Positions 15,396 through 28,544 are shown, counted from the stretch's first letter. The stretch: DNA of 64,000 nucleotides from Eledone cirrhosa (GCA_964016885.1 OZ024741.1:370760001-370824000); one strand, 5' to 3'. The notes: generated by a model not told the origin, from the sequence alone. A program made the numbers and translations.

Positions 15396-15426
15396 TGTTT
15401 GTTTTATTTTCCCTCGTAGCCCCAGC

Positions 15427-15958
15427 GCTAAAACTTTAAAAATACTACACAAAACGGTGGAGAGATTCTGAATTGTCTTATAACCTAATAAACTGATTGG
15501 AGGCTTGGAGAAACAACCGAGATACAACTTTGGGAGGGAAGCAATGAGTGAGTATTCGGCCTGCTAGTAATACCAGCCAAATCTTCAAATTACATCCTAC
15601 CACAGTCTTTAAATAAAGGGATATGTTGAATAATGTGGTTCTGAGTTCCCTGCATATAGGAAAAAAGACATGATGACCAGGGAAAATCTGGAAGGGGTGA
15701 AACAGTAAGTATCCCTTAACAAATTTACCTCTTTCCTACTGCTCGGTGTGCATCGGCTCTTTCTGATTCTCTTCATTCTTCTCTCCTCCCTCTATCTCCC
15801 ACTCTCTCCTCTCTCTCTCCACCCCTCTCTCTCTCTCTCTCTACCCGCCGCCCCACCCCCCACCCTCTCTCATCTGTGTGTCTCAAAATCAAATTATTGT
15901 TTCAACATGAGATACTGATCTAGGCTTCCAATGTCACCTGCAACACACACACATACAT

Positions 15959-15994
<36 letters not shown>

Positions 15995-16520
15995 GCGCAC
16001 ACACACACACATGCACACACACACACACACACACACGAATATATGTGTGTGCAAGTCAGGGAGAGAGACAGAGAAACAGACAGACAGACAGCCAGACATA
16101 CAGACAGACAAACAGACAGGCAGACAGATAGACAGACAGACAGAGAGACAGACAGAGAGACAGAGAGACAGAGAGACAGACAAACAGACAGTGAGGCTTG
16201 TCGTAAAAGATTCCGACTGTATATTCTTCTGTGGGAAGTAATGACGTTAGGGAGAATAATGTGTGCAGGGCAGAGCCACACGCATACATTCATGTATTCA
16301 TGTATATGTGTTGTTTATGGTGAGCTTGCTGGATGCGACATTTTCTGTCAGGCAGCTAACCTGTTAGGTGCTAAAACTTTAAAAATACTACACAAAACGG
16401 TGGAAAGATTCTAAATTATCTTATAACCTAACTAATAGACTGATCGGAAGCTTGACCATACAATCTTGGGAGGGAACCGATGAGTGAGTAATCGGCCTGC
16501 TAGGAATAACAGCCAAATCT
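15427..16520 (+). repeat. Dispersed ~155-bp direct repeat (15427-15585 and 16370-16520)
   Basis: Both begin GCTAAAACTTTAAAAATACTACACAAAACGGTGGA and end CAGCCAAATCT. Confidence 0.85.
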
Positions 16521-16587
16521 GATGCTCTACTACTTATCATATCTTCATTTCGCTCGTCAGGGCCCACAAGGCTCCTGAGTGTCAGAA

Positions 16588-17158
16588 TACAATGACAACA
16601 GCAGATGAGTCATGTGTATACGGATTCGGGTTCGACCAAATCTCAGTCATCACATTGCAAGCGTCCAGTGCAGCCAAGGTACTAAAAAGCACAACAGGTG
16701 AGGTGTAAAATCAAGATGATCCTTGCTGCTTTCTTCGATTACTGAAGCGTTGTGCGTCACGAATATACACAAGGACAGTGGTTCCCAAAGTGGGTTCCGC
16801 AAAGGAGTGTCTGTGGTTCCGTGATATAATGTAAAGGGGTATATTTATATTACGACCATATAACAGTATTAGACTATGGGCTCCCCAAAAAGCTTCTGAA
16901 CCAAGAAGGGTTCCACGTTTGAAAACGTTTGGGAGACGCTGCACTAGGAGAGCAAACAGTTACAAAGGAGTACCATAGAAAAGCCGTTCAACATCTTCGT
17001 GATGCATTTTCGAGCAAAAGACCGGACCTGTTGGCCTCGCAAAGCCTGCAGCTGCATTATGACAACCTCTCAGCGCATTTATTGCAGCTGATCTAATGTT
17101 TCGTGGCAAAGAAAGGTATTTCATTTAAATCGCCAGACTCTCTACTCACCTGGCTTCA
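16588..17158 (+). pseudogene. Mariner (Tc1/mariner DD34D-type) transposase fossil interrupted by a MITE
   Basis: TADESCVYG..TKSQSS..PR..AQQVRCKIKMILAAFFD...VVRHEY | QTVTKEY..LRDA..KRPDL..QLHYDN..AH...YSP, matching mariner TGDESWVY / LHHDNAPAH / YSPDL motifs. Confidence 0.8.
16776..16941. mobile_element. hAT/Charlie-type MITE
   Basis: TIRs CAGTGGTTCCCAAA / TTTGGGAGACGCTG; 8-bp TSD CACAAGGA (16768-16775) and CACTAGGA (16942-16949). Confidence 0.82.
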
Positions 17159-17169
17159 TAGTGAGCAGA

Positions 17170-19205
17170 ATGATGATGGTGATGGTAGTGATGGTGGTTG
17201 TGGTGATGGTGGTGTTAGTAGTGTTGGTGGTGGTGGTGGTGGTGCTGCTGCTGCTACTGATAATGGTGGTGATGGTGGTGGTGGTGGTGGTGATGGTGGT
17301 GGTACTGCTGTTATTGCTACTGATAATGGTGGTGGTGGTGGTGGTGATGGTGGTGGTGGTGATGGTGGTGGTGATGGTGGTGGTGGTGGTGATGGTGGTG
17401 GTGGTGGTAATGGTGGTGGTGATGGTGGTGGTGGTGGTGGTGGTGGTGGTGGTGGTGGTGGTGATGGTGGTGGTGATGGTGGTGGTGGTGGTGATGGTGG
17501 TGGTGGTGGTAATGGTGGTGGTGATGGTGGTGGTGGTGATGGTGGTGGTGGTGGTGGTGGTGGTGATGGTGGTGGTGGTGATGGTGGTGGTGGTGATGGT
17601 GGTGGTGGTGGTGGTGATGGTGGTGGTGGTGGTGGTGGTGGTGGTGGTGGTGGTGGTGGTGGTGGTGGTGGTGGTGGTGGTGGTGGTGATGGTGGTGGTA
17701 CTGCTGTTATTGCTACTGATAATGGTGGTGGTGGTGGTGGTGGTGCTACTGTGAATGGTGGTGGTGGTGGTGGTGGTGGTGGTGGTGGTGGTGGTGGTGC
17801 TACTGATAATGGTGGTGGTGGTGGTGATGGTGCTACTGCTGCTGCTACTGGTGGTAGTGGTGGTGGTGTTGTTGTTGGTGGCGGTGCTACTGCTACTGGT
17901 GGTGGTGGTGGTGTTGTTGTTGGTGGTGGTGCTACTGCTACTGGTGGTGGTGTGGGGGTGTAAGGATCTTTCAATTTGGTGACGATGATCGGAACAACGA
18001 CAGCGGTGGGTATATGGTGGGTGGGTGGAGGTAGATGAAACGAATCAGGAGGGAAGGGGAGGATGATGATGATGGAGGGAATGGGGGTGAGGAAGGGAAG
18101 GGGGTGATGGAGTGAAGGGGTGATGGAGGTAAGGAGGGTGAGGGAGGGTAATTACACTAATTAGAGTAAAACTTCATCAAGAAAGCTGTTTGCTCAGGTT
18201 TTGTAGAAAAACGTAACTTTAATTAAGATGGTACCACTGCCCCCACACTACACACCCATCCTTTCACACACCCACTACCACCAACACTACCACCACCACC
18301 ACTACTACCACCACAACCACCACCACCACCACTACTACCACCACCACCACCACTACCACCACAACCACCACCACCACCACTACTACCACCACCACCACCA
18401 CCACCACCACCACCTCTATCACCACTACTGCCCCCACACAACACAGACTTTCACACTCCCACTATCACTACCACGACAACCACCACCACAGACATCACCA
18501 CCACTACCACCACCATTACCACTACCACTAACACCACCACCACCACCACCATCATCATCACTTCTTATGCTGTAATGAATGAGACACAAGTGTGCCACAC
18601 TTGCCATCAGTGGCAGAGGGAGGGGGAGACAAAAATATGGGATAAAGGTTAATGAGTGCAATCTTCGTTGTCATCTCTACTCCTAATAACGCGTCTTTCT
18701 CGGTATTTTGGCAGTGGCCATCACCATCACCATCACCACCTCTAGCATCACCCTCTCAACAGCTATCACTGCTTCCACCACCATCACCATCACCACCTCC
18801 ACCACTATCACCACCCCTGCCACCATCGCCGCCACCACCTCCACCGTTATCACCACCTCCACCGCTATCACCACCTCCACCGCTATCACCACCTCCACCA
18901 CTATCACCACCTCCACCACCTCCACCACCAGAGACACACCAAAATCCTAACAACCACTGCCCCCTCCACCACAACTATCACCATCTCCCTAACTACCACA
19001 ACCATCCCTATCACCATCACTATTGCCATCACCCTCATCCTCACCACCATCACCACCAACAATTCCACCGCTTCAACCATCACTATCACCTATGTCAGCT
19101 ATTAGGAACACCAACAAGAATCTTCCACCATCAACCTCAACATCACCACCTCTGTCACCATTAGCAAGTCCACCACCACAACCACCACTGCCGCTAGCTC
19201 CACCA
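17170..19205. repeat. (GGT)n array followed by (ACC)n-type arrays with short unique islands
   Basis: Direct reading. Confidence 0.9.
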
Positions 19206-19449
19206 TTGCCCCTACTTGATTCAATAGATAAGGTTGTTGAAACTCAGCCCGTAAAAAGCAGAATATTCGTGGTTGTTAACTCTTTTCACTCCATGCTACA
19301 CTGCGACATCTCAAAAAAAAAACAAATCAATTTCCGTTTCCATTTTTATTCATTGCTACACTACAGCACTACAATATATGTGATACCTCCCTCAATATAA
19401 AAATCTGTAAGGTGGTAAAAAGATATGGAAAAGTTAAAAATATTCTCCC

Positions 19450-19643
19450 TTAACAATTTAGAATTTAAACCGGTCTTATCCGGCCAGAATTCTCTCATCT
19501 ATTTCTGTTCAAACTGGCTGTAACTGGCTGCTTATATCAAAATCTCATAGATTCGATATCATCTGAGATAATTATGTGAGGTAAAGTGTTTACCACAAAA
19601 ATGCAATAGTATATATAGAGTAATGTAAATGCTAAAGGGTTAA
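19450..19643. mobile_element. TTAA-flanked MITE (piggyBac-like termini)
   Basis: Left TTAACAATTTAGAATTTA versus right TAAATGCTAAAGGGTTAA (imperfect TIR). Confidence 0.55.
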
Positions 19644-19664
19644 AACGTCACTTTTCTTTCTTAA

Positions 19665-19938
19665 CATATTCAAATTGCCTACCAAAATATTTACATCACC
19701 CACCAAAATATTTAAATTGTCCAACTAAAACATTTAAATTGCCACCAAACTATTCAAACTGTCCGACAATAATATTTAAATTGTCCCACTAAAACATTTA
19801 AATTGGCACGTACCAAATTATTCAAACTGTCCCACAATAATATTTAAATTGTCCCACAAAATGTATTTATACACATCCACGAAAATATTTATATCGTCCC
19901 AACAAAATATTAAATTGTCCTCCAAAATATCAAAATTT
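19665..19938. repeat. ~21-bp minisatellite (CAAAATATTTAAATTGTCCCAC)
   Basis: About a dozen degenerate units. Confidence 0.8.
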
Positions 19939-20127
19939 TTCCTTTCCTTATATTAAAATTACACCCACATCACACCTTCCGGGCTTCCTTCCAACTTCTT
20001 TAAAAACGAATATTCGGTTTAAAAAATGTTTAATATTTATAATTCTTCCAAATCAAATTTTTTTCATGATTTTTCAGAAATTATTTCCCCTGGCGTATTT
20101 GTATCTATATTTGTATTTACATCCATT

Positions 20128-20185
<58 letters not shown>

Positions 20186-20400
20186 TCTCTCTCTCTCTCC
20201 ATAAAAAATTATTTGATTCAAAAATGATGTAACTCAGAGAAGAATCCTCAATACATGAGTTTGTAAAGTGTATATTAATTTATTATGTAATATTTACGTT
20301 ACATTTGTAAAATTCTTTCAATAGATAACTATATTTTCTATCTCTATTATATATATATATATGTGTGTGTGTATGTGTGTGTGTGAGTGTGTGTGTGTAA

Positions 20401-20449
<49 letters not shown>

Positions 20450-20503
20450 GTGTGTGTGTATATATATATATATATATGTATAATATATATATATGTGTGT
20501 GTG

Positions 20504-20541
<38 letters not shown>

Positions 20542-20909
20542 GAGAGAGGGGGAGAGAGGGAGAGGGAGGGGATAATGTGATAAAGTGAAAAAGAGAGATT
20601 ATTGCATCTGGACAAATTCCTATTTACATACAATAAAACGTGTGCAAAGTTAGTTTGGAAATATTTGAGGATGAAGGAAACAAAGTTATTATAAAAAGAG
20701 AGAGGTGAGAATGGGGGATTTAAACATTACTCAATATATTAAGACTAAGTCATGATAAAATATTTTAAAAGTTGTACAAGCATAAAAAATGACAAATCTA
20801 AATAAATATGAAAGTGAAAAACTAATAATTTTAAAAAAAAAACGACAGCGCTTACAAACAATATCAAATAATAATAATAACGATGATGATGATGATGATG
20901 GTGGTGGTG

Positions 20910-20943
<34 letters not shown>

Positions 20944-20951
20944 TAATAATA

Positions 20952-21021
20952 TTGTTGTCTCTTGAGGTCACTGGTTGTGACTTGGTGATAACTCGTATGA
21001 ACATAAAGCAAGATAAATGCA
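20952..21021 (+). mobile_element. 70-bp 3'-end remnant of the R4/Dong LINE within (AAT)n
   Basis: Reverse complement of about 51985-52053 and 57000-57070; (AAT)n on both sides. Confidence 0.88.
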
Positions 21022-21101
<80 letters not shown>

Positions 21102-21125
21102 TAATAATAATAATAATAATAATAA

Positions 21126-21156
<31 letters not shown>

Positions 21157-21174
21157 AAGAAGAAGAAGAAGAAG

Positions 21175-21213
<39 letters not shown>

Positions 21214-21736
21214 AATAGTAATAATAATAACGGTGGCATAAATGATTGTAATGTTTGAGTTTTTATGTTTGAAAAAAACCTTCAGTAAATCTTATCTTTT
21301 TAAGGAATATTTAAAATTAAAAAACAAAAACATTTGTCACTAAATTTTCGTATTTTTAGATAAAAATAAAGTGAAGGTTTCTGGTTATTTTTATGTTTTA
21401 TTACTTTTCTTTATTTTTGATGTGTGTGTTAAGTTTTCTAATTTTTTGTGCAGAAAAGTAAGTTTTTCCTAAATTAATCTTTGTAGAGATTTCGGTCAGA
21501 AAAAACGAAAAAAGAAGAAAATCGAACCCTTTCAAACACACATACACATACACACATGCTTACATACTTACATACATACATACATACATCAATACATAAA
21601 TATACATACACACACATATATGTATGAGTATATATATATATATATACAGAGAGAGAGAGAGAGAGAAGTATATATAAATATGGACATATATAAATATATA
21701 TATACTATATACATGTCGTTTGGTTAGTTATTTCTG

Positions 21737-21783
<47 letters not shown>

Positions 21784-21938
21784 ATGTGTGTATGTATATA
21801 TATGTATGTATATATATATGTATGTATATATATGTGTATATGTGTGTGTGTATGTGTTTGCGCGTGTGGGTGTTTGTATATGTGTATGTCTTTATGTACG
21901 TGTATATATATATTTATATACATGCATAAATGTATATA

Positions 21939-21982
<44 letters not shown>

Positions 21983-22578
21983 CACTTACACATGCATATA
22001 TATGCATACGCACAGTCACACAAACACACGCACAAGCATACACACACACATATATATATGTATATGTATGTATTCACACAAGCGCACGCTCGCTCTCTAT
22101 CTCTCTCTCTCACACGCACACACACACAAACACACACAAAGTCACACACAAAGTATAACTGATGCTAAACGTAAGAGAAAAGCATGAAAATATATCCAAA
22201 ACAAACATGTATGTTAACATATCCACACTCCAACACACACTACTTTAAAGCAGACCAAATACACACACATGCGCATATATATATATCTATATATATGTAT
22301 ATTTTCCAGCATATTATTTGCTCTATATATATGTGTACAAAATGCTATGTGTTTCTCAAACAATATATGCTTCTTTCTCTCCCTAAATATATCTTTTAAA
22401 TTTAAATAATTGATGCTCTGAACTAAGGTCCATTGGGCTTATTTATGAGAAACATGATCATCATCCATATTAAATATATATTGATACCTAATTAATGTAA
22501 CAGCCAGATCTTGAAATTAGCGTGTAAATAACTGAGTATATGACAAGAATGGCCTTTTGAATTACAGATACTGTCTGT

Positions 22579-22941
22579 CGGTGGATTGGCAGTATCGGTA
22601 GAGGGTCGGACGCCATGCTTTGACGCATTGAGTTACGTCCCTTGCCATTCTGAGTTCAAATCCTGCCGAGGTTAACTTTGCCTTTCATCCTTACGGGGTC
22701 GATAAAATAAAGTACCAGCAATACACTGGGGGCAATAGCTGGCCTTGTGCCAAAAGTAGAAACAATTATTGTGGTGGAATGGCAGTATCGGTAGAGGGTC
22801 GGACACCATGCTTTGCAGCATAGAGTTACGGCCCTTTATGGTCTGAGTTCAAATCCCGCTGAGGTTAACCTTGCCTTTCATCCTTACAGGATCGATAAAA
22901 TAAGCACCAGTAATACACTAGGATAATTGCTGGCCTTATGC
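22579..22941 (+). mobile_element. Head-to-tail dimer of the tRNA-derived SINE (22579-22770, 22773-22941)
   Basis: Two consecutive A-box/B-box/core units; the second starts right after the ATT tail of the first and lacks its own tail. Confidence 0.88.
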
Positions 22942-23128
22942 TATTTGCGTCCAGAAATAGCCGTCGAAACGGCTTGAGCTCTTCCGTCGGAGTCTTGAAC
23001 ATTTTTCTATTACCCACTCTACTACCCTAAGTATTGAGTACTCTGGTGCGTTATGGTCTACCTGGTTCCTTACCACACTTCCTTCGTTATATATATATAG
23101 TATCGCTAAAAAGCTTTCTCCGATATTG

Positions 23129-23181
<53 letters not shown>

Positions 23182-23185
<4 letters not shown>

Positions 23186-24180
23186 TCAGGTTTGAGGTTT
23201 ACCACTATATAGAGCTGGTCTATTCCGTATGGTCAATCGTAATGTAATAATATAGAGAGTACTCAACGTAAAGCAGTTCAACCGTCTTTGTTTTTGTAGT
23301 TGGTGGTGCTATTACGGAGTTAAATATTATAATGAAATGACAGGAGGCTGGATTTGTGTAAATCCTTGAGAGGTTTATTATACTATGATCATTTCAATGA
23401 CCGGGTTCCGTATGAATCCGGTGATATCATCAGGTATTCGAAATATAATACGTGAATGTAATAGATAAAATCCATGGGGCTGAAAATCGAGGACCCGAGG
23501 GCGACCGCTATCTTGCACCCTCTACCTTAGCCGGTCGCCCTCGAGTGACATGGCTAAAGCTCACAGTGTGCTACTACGGTCAGATAAAGGAAAACAGAAA
23601 GGGATGGGAACATAAGTTACAAGACAAAAGAAAGAAAGAAAGAAAGGAAGGAGAGAGAAGAAGGGGCAAGGAAGAAGAAGAGAAGCCAGGGTTAATGTCA
23701 GCTATAAGAAGAAAGACAGAAAGAAAGAGGAAAGAAGGTCGGTATTACAGTCAGGCCAGGATTGTCGCGAAGAAATTTTTTTATTCTACGGGACCCGTAT
23801 CTAAACAACTACTACTGGTCAGATATAGGCAAACAAAAAGGGGGAAGGAAGATAAGTCAGCGGGAGGAAGACAGAAAGAGGGGAGAAAAGAAGGAAGAAA
23901 AGGAAGAAGTAGAAGAGTAAGGGTTGATGGCTACAAGAAGGAAGATAGAAAGAAAGAGGAAGAAAGGTCGATATTAATGTCAGACTACAGTCAGGCCAGG
24001 AGTGGCGCGAGAAAACTTTCACAGGGACCCGTATCTTAGCAGAGGTGAATATATTGGGGGTCAGTGTGTTATAATGTGTGAGCAGAAGATTGGAACGTTA
24101 CGTTTTTGTTTAGACTTATAGGATGAAGTTAAAAATTAATAATTAATATTTAATATTAAAGAAGTTAGAAAATTTATGAT
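23182..24180 (-). mobile_element. Probable PLE terminal region (different family) with internal ~240-bp tandem duplication
   Basis: Minus-strand hammerhead followed by AATAAA, ending in (TA)n; duplicated units about 23571-23803 and 23810-24038, both ending GGGACCCGTATCT. Confidence 0.55.
23380..23437 (-). ncRNA. Type I hammerhead ribozyme with long stem II
   Basis: Minus strand: ATAC-CTGATGA-TATCACCGGATTC(ATACG)GAACCCGGTCATT-GAAA-TGATCAT-A-GTAT; stem I ATAC/GTAT, palindromic stem III ATGATCAT, AUA cleavage triplet. Confidence 0.72.
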
Positions 24181-24347
24181 TTTTTGTCTTTAATTTTCCG
24201 GTGTTTACTCCCCCCTCCCTACGTTTTTCTGTTTCTTTTTCTCTTCCCCGTATCTGCCTATCCTTCGCACTCACCCCTTCGTTCACTCCACCCCGCTTCA
24301 CACCCCCGCCCTCTCATCCCTCCCCCTGCTTTCACCCAACGCCCACC

Positions 24348-27162
24348 ATGCCCAACCTGAGATCCTTTCTCCACCAACTCCACAATCGCCTCAATCTTTT
24401 CCTCACCCCCCTCCTTCCACCCTGCTATCTCCCCTCCGCCCTTCAACTCTCCTACCTTCTCTTCGCCAAAACCCGGCACTCCAGCCACATCCATTTCCTC
24501 AGCCACTGCCTCCGCCTCCACCTTATCCCCCTCGGCTTCCGTCTACACTTCCACCCCTCCCCCGCTGCTTCCCCCTCCACGCAACGTATCCTCACCCGAT
24601 CCTCACGCCTTCTGATGCGCAACTCTATCCGCGCCTCCCGTTCCACCCTCCCTTTACTTGACCACCAACTGACCCCCACCCTCCTCCGCCTTTACTCCAC
24701 CTGCCACCCCCTCCTCGCCCAAGCCATCCTCTCCTTCATCCACAACCTCAACCACACCTCTTCTCGTTCCTCAGCTCCACCAAAGCCCGCAAGCTACACT
24801 CACTCCTCCCAACTCCCCAACCCCCATCCACCACCACCCGCCCATCCCCATACGCCCACCACTCTCCACCTCTCCCCCGACCCACACCCCTACCCAATCT
24901 CCACCCTCCACCTCACTCCTCACCACACCCTCCCTTCCCTCCCCAAACACCCAAACCCCACCCCTTGTTGTCACCATACCCCCTGACCTCCCCCTCTCCG
25001 CACCTGAGCACTCACTCCTTAGTAGAGGCCTTCGCTTCATACCCCACACTCCGCTCAGCGACGAGTTCCGCACCCGAACGAAAGTCGAGCGATTCGTGCG
25101 ACGCACTAAGCTACAGGCACATTTCAGCCGAACGCCACCGGCTCCGGACGCCCCAGACCCGTTTCCCGCCCTAGGCCGACGACCATCTTCTTGGACGCCG
25201 GCCCCAGGGCAATTTAGCACCCTGGACGCCTTCGTCGATGCCAGCCGTAGCGCAGTAAATCGTTTCGACTTCCGCCACCGTTCCAAACGGCACAACATCT
25301 CACGGGGCGAACTCCTCGCTCTCCGCTCCCTCCGTAGCCGAGATGACATCGTCATCAAACCGGCGGACAAGGGAGGCGCCGTGGTGGTATGGCGCGCGGA
25401 CCTCTACACGGCCGAAGCCCTCAGGCAGCTCTGTAACCCCCTCTTTTACCGCCCTCTACCCTCCGATCCCACCCCCCTCTACCAACAACAAGTCTCCTCC
25501 ACCATCAAAGACCTTAACGCCTCCTCCCCCCCCCCCCACCGCTTCCCACCTCATCGTCCGCACCCCCCGCACCCCCACCATCTACTTCCTCCCCAAACTC
25601 CACAAACCCGACAACCCCGGCCGCCCCATCGTCTCCGCTTGCAACTGCCCCACCGAACTCATCTCCGCCTTTCTCAACTCCCTCCTCGCCCCTCTTGTCA
25701 CCACCCTCGCCTCCCACATCTCCGACACCAATCACGCCCTGCGCGTTTTCGACTCCTTCACCTACCTACCCGGCCATCAGCCATTCCTCTTCACCCTAAA
25801 CATCAAGTCCCTCTATACCGTCATCCCCCCACGCCGACGGCCTTCGCGCCCTCAAACACTACCTCGACCTTCGCCCCTCCCCCATTCCCTCCACCCCCAC
25901 CCTCCTTTGCCTCGCCGAGCTGGTCCTCACCCTAAATTGTTTCTCCTTCTCGGGTGAGTTTTACCAACAGGTCACGGGGGTAGCCATGGGCACAAGAATG
26001 GGCCCGAACTATGCCAACCTTTTTGTTGGCCATGTTGACCCCAATTCTTTGCCCAGTACACCGGCCCCACGCCCGAACTGTACGGTCGTTACATTGACGA
26101 CTGTATCGGAGCCACGACCCTCACCCGAGTACAGCTCGACTCCTTTCTCTCCTTCTTCTGCTCCTTCCACCCCTCCCTCCACTTCACCACGTCTATCTCC
26201 ACCACCCACGTCCACTTCTTAGACATCTCCGTCGCCTTCGACCCCTCCCACCACTCCCTCGTCACCTCCGCCTTCTTCAAACACACCGACTCCCACTCTT
26301 ACCTCGACTTCACCTCTTCCCACCCCACCCACACTAAACTCTCCATTCCCTACTCCCAACTTCTCAGGATCCGCCGCCTCTGTAGCCGTGATGCTGACTA
26401 CGAGTCCCAGACCCTTTCCCTAGTCAGCCATTTCATCCGCAGAGGTTACACCCCTCTCTCGTCTACACCGCTCTCACCCGCGCCCGTGCTATCCCCCGCT
26501 CCACCACCCTCACCCCACGCCACCGCACACCCACCCACCGTCTCCCCTTCCCCATCACCTACCACCCCTCCACTTACCCCTCCACCGCACCATCCGCCGC
26601 CTCTTCCGACGCCTCCAGTCCGACCCCTCCACCTCCCACATCTTCCCAACCCCACCACTCCCCTCCTTCAAACGCGCACGCAATCTCCGCACCCTCCTCG
26701 TCCACAGCTCCCTACCCCCCAACCCACGCTCTGGTCCCCCCCCCCGGTTCCTTCCCCTGTTCTAGGCCCCGCTGCAACACCTGTCCCCACATCACCAACA
26801 CCACCACCTTCCAGGGTCCCAACGGCCACTCTCTCTCGGTCCGGCATGCCTTCCGCTGCACCTCCTCCAACCTAGTCTACGGACTTCGTTGCACGGAGTG
26901 CAGCGCGACTTATGTCGGACAGACGGGACGTCGCCTGGCGGACCGAGTCACGGAGCACCTCCGGGATATTCGTCTCGGGGGCAGTTCCCCCATCGCCCGC
27001 CACTTTGGCGGCCCTGGACACTCCGCACGCCATCTCACAGTCTGTGGCCTACTCCAGTGCCACGGAACACCCGCCCATCGCCTTACGGTCGAACAACGCA
27101 CTATCTTCATCTTACAGACCCACACTCCCCCCGGCCTGAACTCCCCACCCTTATTCCTTTAG
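24348..27162 (+). pseudogene. Neptune-type Penelope-like element ORF (RT plus Zn linker plus GIY-YIG), frameshifted
   Basis: ATG in GCCCACCATG context; IKPADKGGAVVVW, LPKLHKP..PGRPIVS, SLYTVIP, GVAMGTRMGPNYANLFVG, RYIDDC, FLDI, SSHP..K.SIPYSQ, CSRPRCNTC, NLVYGLRCTECSATYVGQTGR..R..EH, PPGLN; several frameshifts. Confidence 0.92.
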
Positions 27163-28516
27163 CGTTCGACCGCCCCCCTCCCCCCACACTTATCCCCCAC
27201 TAACACCACTAACACACCCCTCCTTTTCACCGCCCACCCCACACTAACAATACTAACACCTCCACTCCACCCCTCATCTGACCACCCTTCCCCAACTAAC
27301 ATACTAACATCCCTTCCCTCCCCTCTTCTCCTCCTCCCCCCTCCTTATCACACGCACACACGCACCCACTTACACCACCCACCCCACACGCAACTAACAT
27401 CACTAACACCCCCCAACCCCACGCACACGTACCCACACACCATCGTACACCACCAACTCTACACACCCTACCACCACTAACCCCCACTCACACCTGCATT
27501 CCACCCCTCCCCACCTCCCGTATACTAACACCCACTAACACCTCTTCACCAAACTACACACACACCAGTACACCACACTCCCTCCATAGAACCACACACA
27601 CCCTTCTCTCCCCGCTCCACACTCACTCATCCCACTAACACCCCTACTAATACACACACACACACACACACACCCTCCTCACTCCAACTCTCACACCTAC
27701 CCATCCTCGCCTCCCTACCATTCCGCCGACTGCTGCTATGCCCTTCCGACCACCTCTCAGCACCAACTGACCACAGCACTCCCACTGCTGACCACTTCCT
27801 GTTGCGCGCGCACCCCACATCTCTCCTCTTCCGACCACCGCTTCTTGGATTACCCACACGCGAAATTGACTTCTAACCAAATCTCCAAACATCCGTGGAA
27901 CTTACCAACTTTTCAACCATCCTCTTACAACCATCACCTATATAACTCACCCCCCCCCCCCAAAAAAAAAAGTTTTATCCACACGCCACCCACACCCACA
28001 ACACGCTTAAACCACACACACGTGCTTCCCACCACATATTTACACCCTCAGCCTCCTGATTCCTCTCCCACCACCCCCTATCCACACACGCACAGACACT
28101 CCGACCCACAAAAACACCCCCCACACACACCTTCCTGAACATGCAACCCCGTTCTTCCCCCAACCCTCACTTTCACATACACACACACCCACACACACAC
28201 ACCTAACCACACACACCACCTTCAGCCCTCCCCGCTCGGACACCCCGTCTCCCTCTCCCCACTCCACCCGCCACCACCCCTACTCACCCCACACCCTTCC
28301 ACCACCTGTTTACCCCCCTTTTAATTTCAGTTTATTTTGATCATGCCTTTATTTTTAAATTTTCTCATTCCTTGTATTTTGATCATGCTTTATTTTTATT
28401 TATTATATTTTTTGTCTTTATTTGTTAATTTTTCATTCGCACCGTTTCCTTTCGCTATATGTCTCTCCACCACTCCCCTACACACCTTTTGAACTCTGTT
28501 CCCACACACTTCTCAC

Positions 28517-28544
28517 CTGAAGCAGGGCTTATGCCCGAAACGTC
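28517..28544 (+). ncRNA. Minimal hammerhead motif with core substitution
   Basis: CTGAAGC-A-GGGC(TTAT)GCCC-GAAACGTC; A9 appears replaced by C; palindromic ACGT stem III, GUC triplet. Confidence 0.65.

Noticed and set aside
23452-24039. 195-aa K/R/E-rich ORF
   Set aside because: Purine-rich antisense of a duplicated non-coding unit; no domain.
23182-24180. Inverted pLTR of the adjacent Neptune element
   Set aside because: No visible similarity to 28320-28624, and the hammerhead and 3' end differ.
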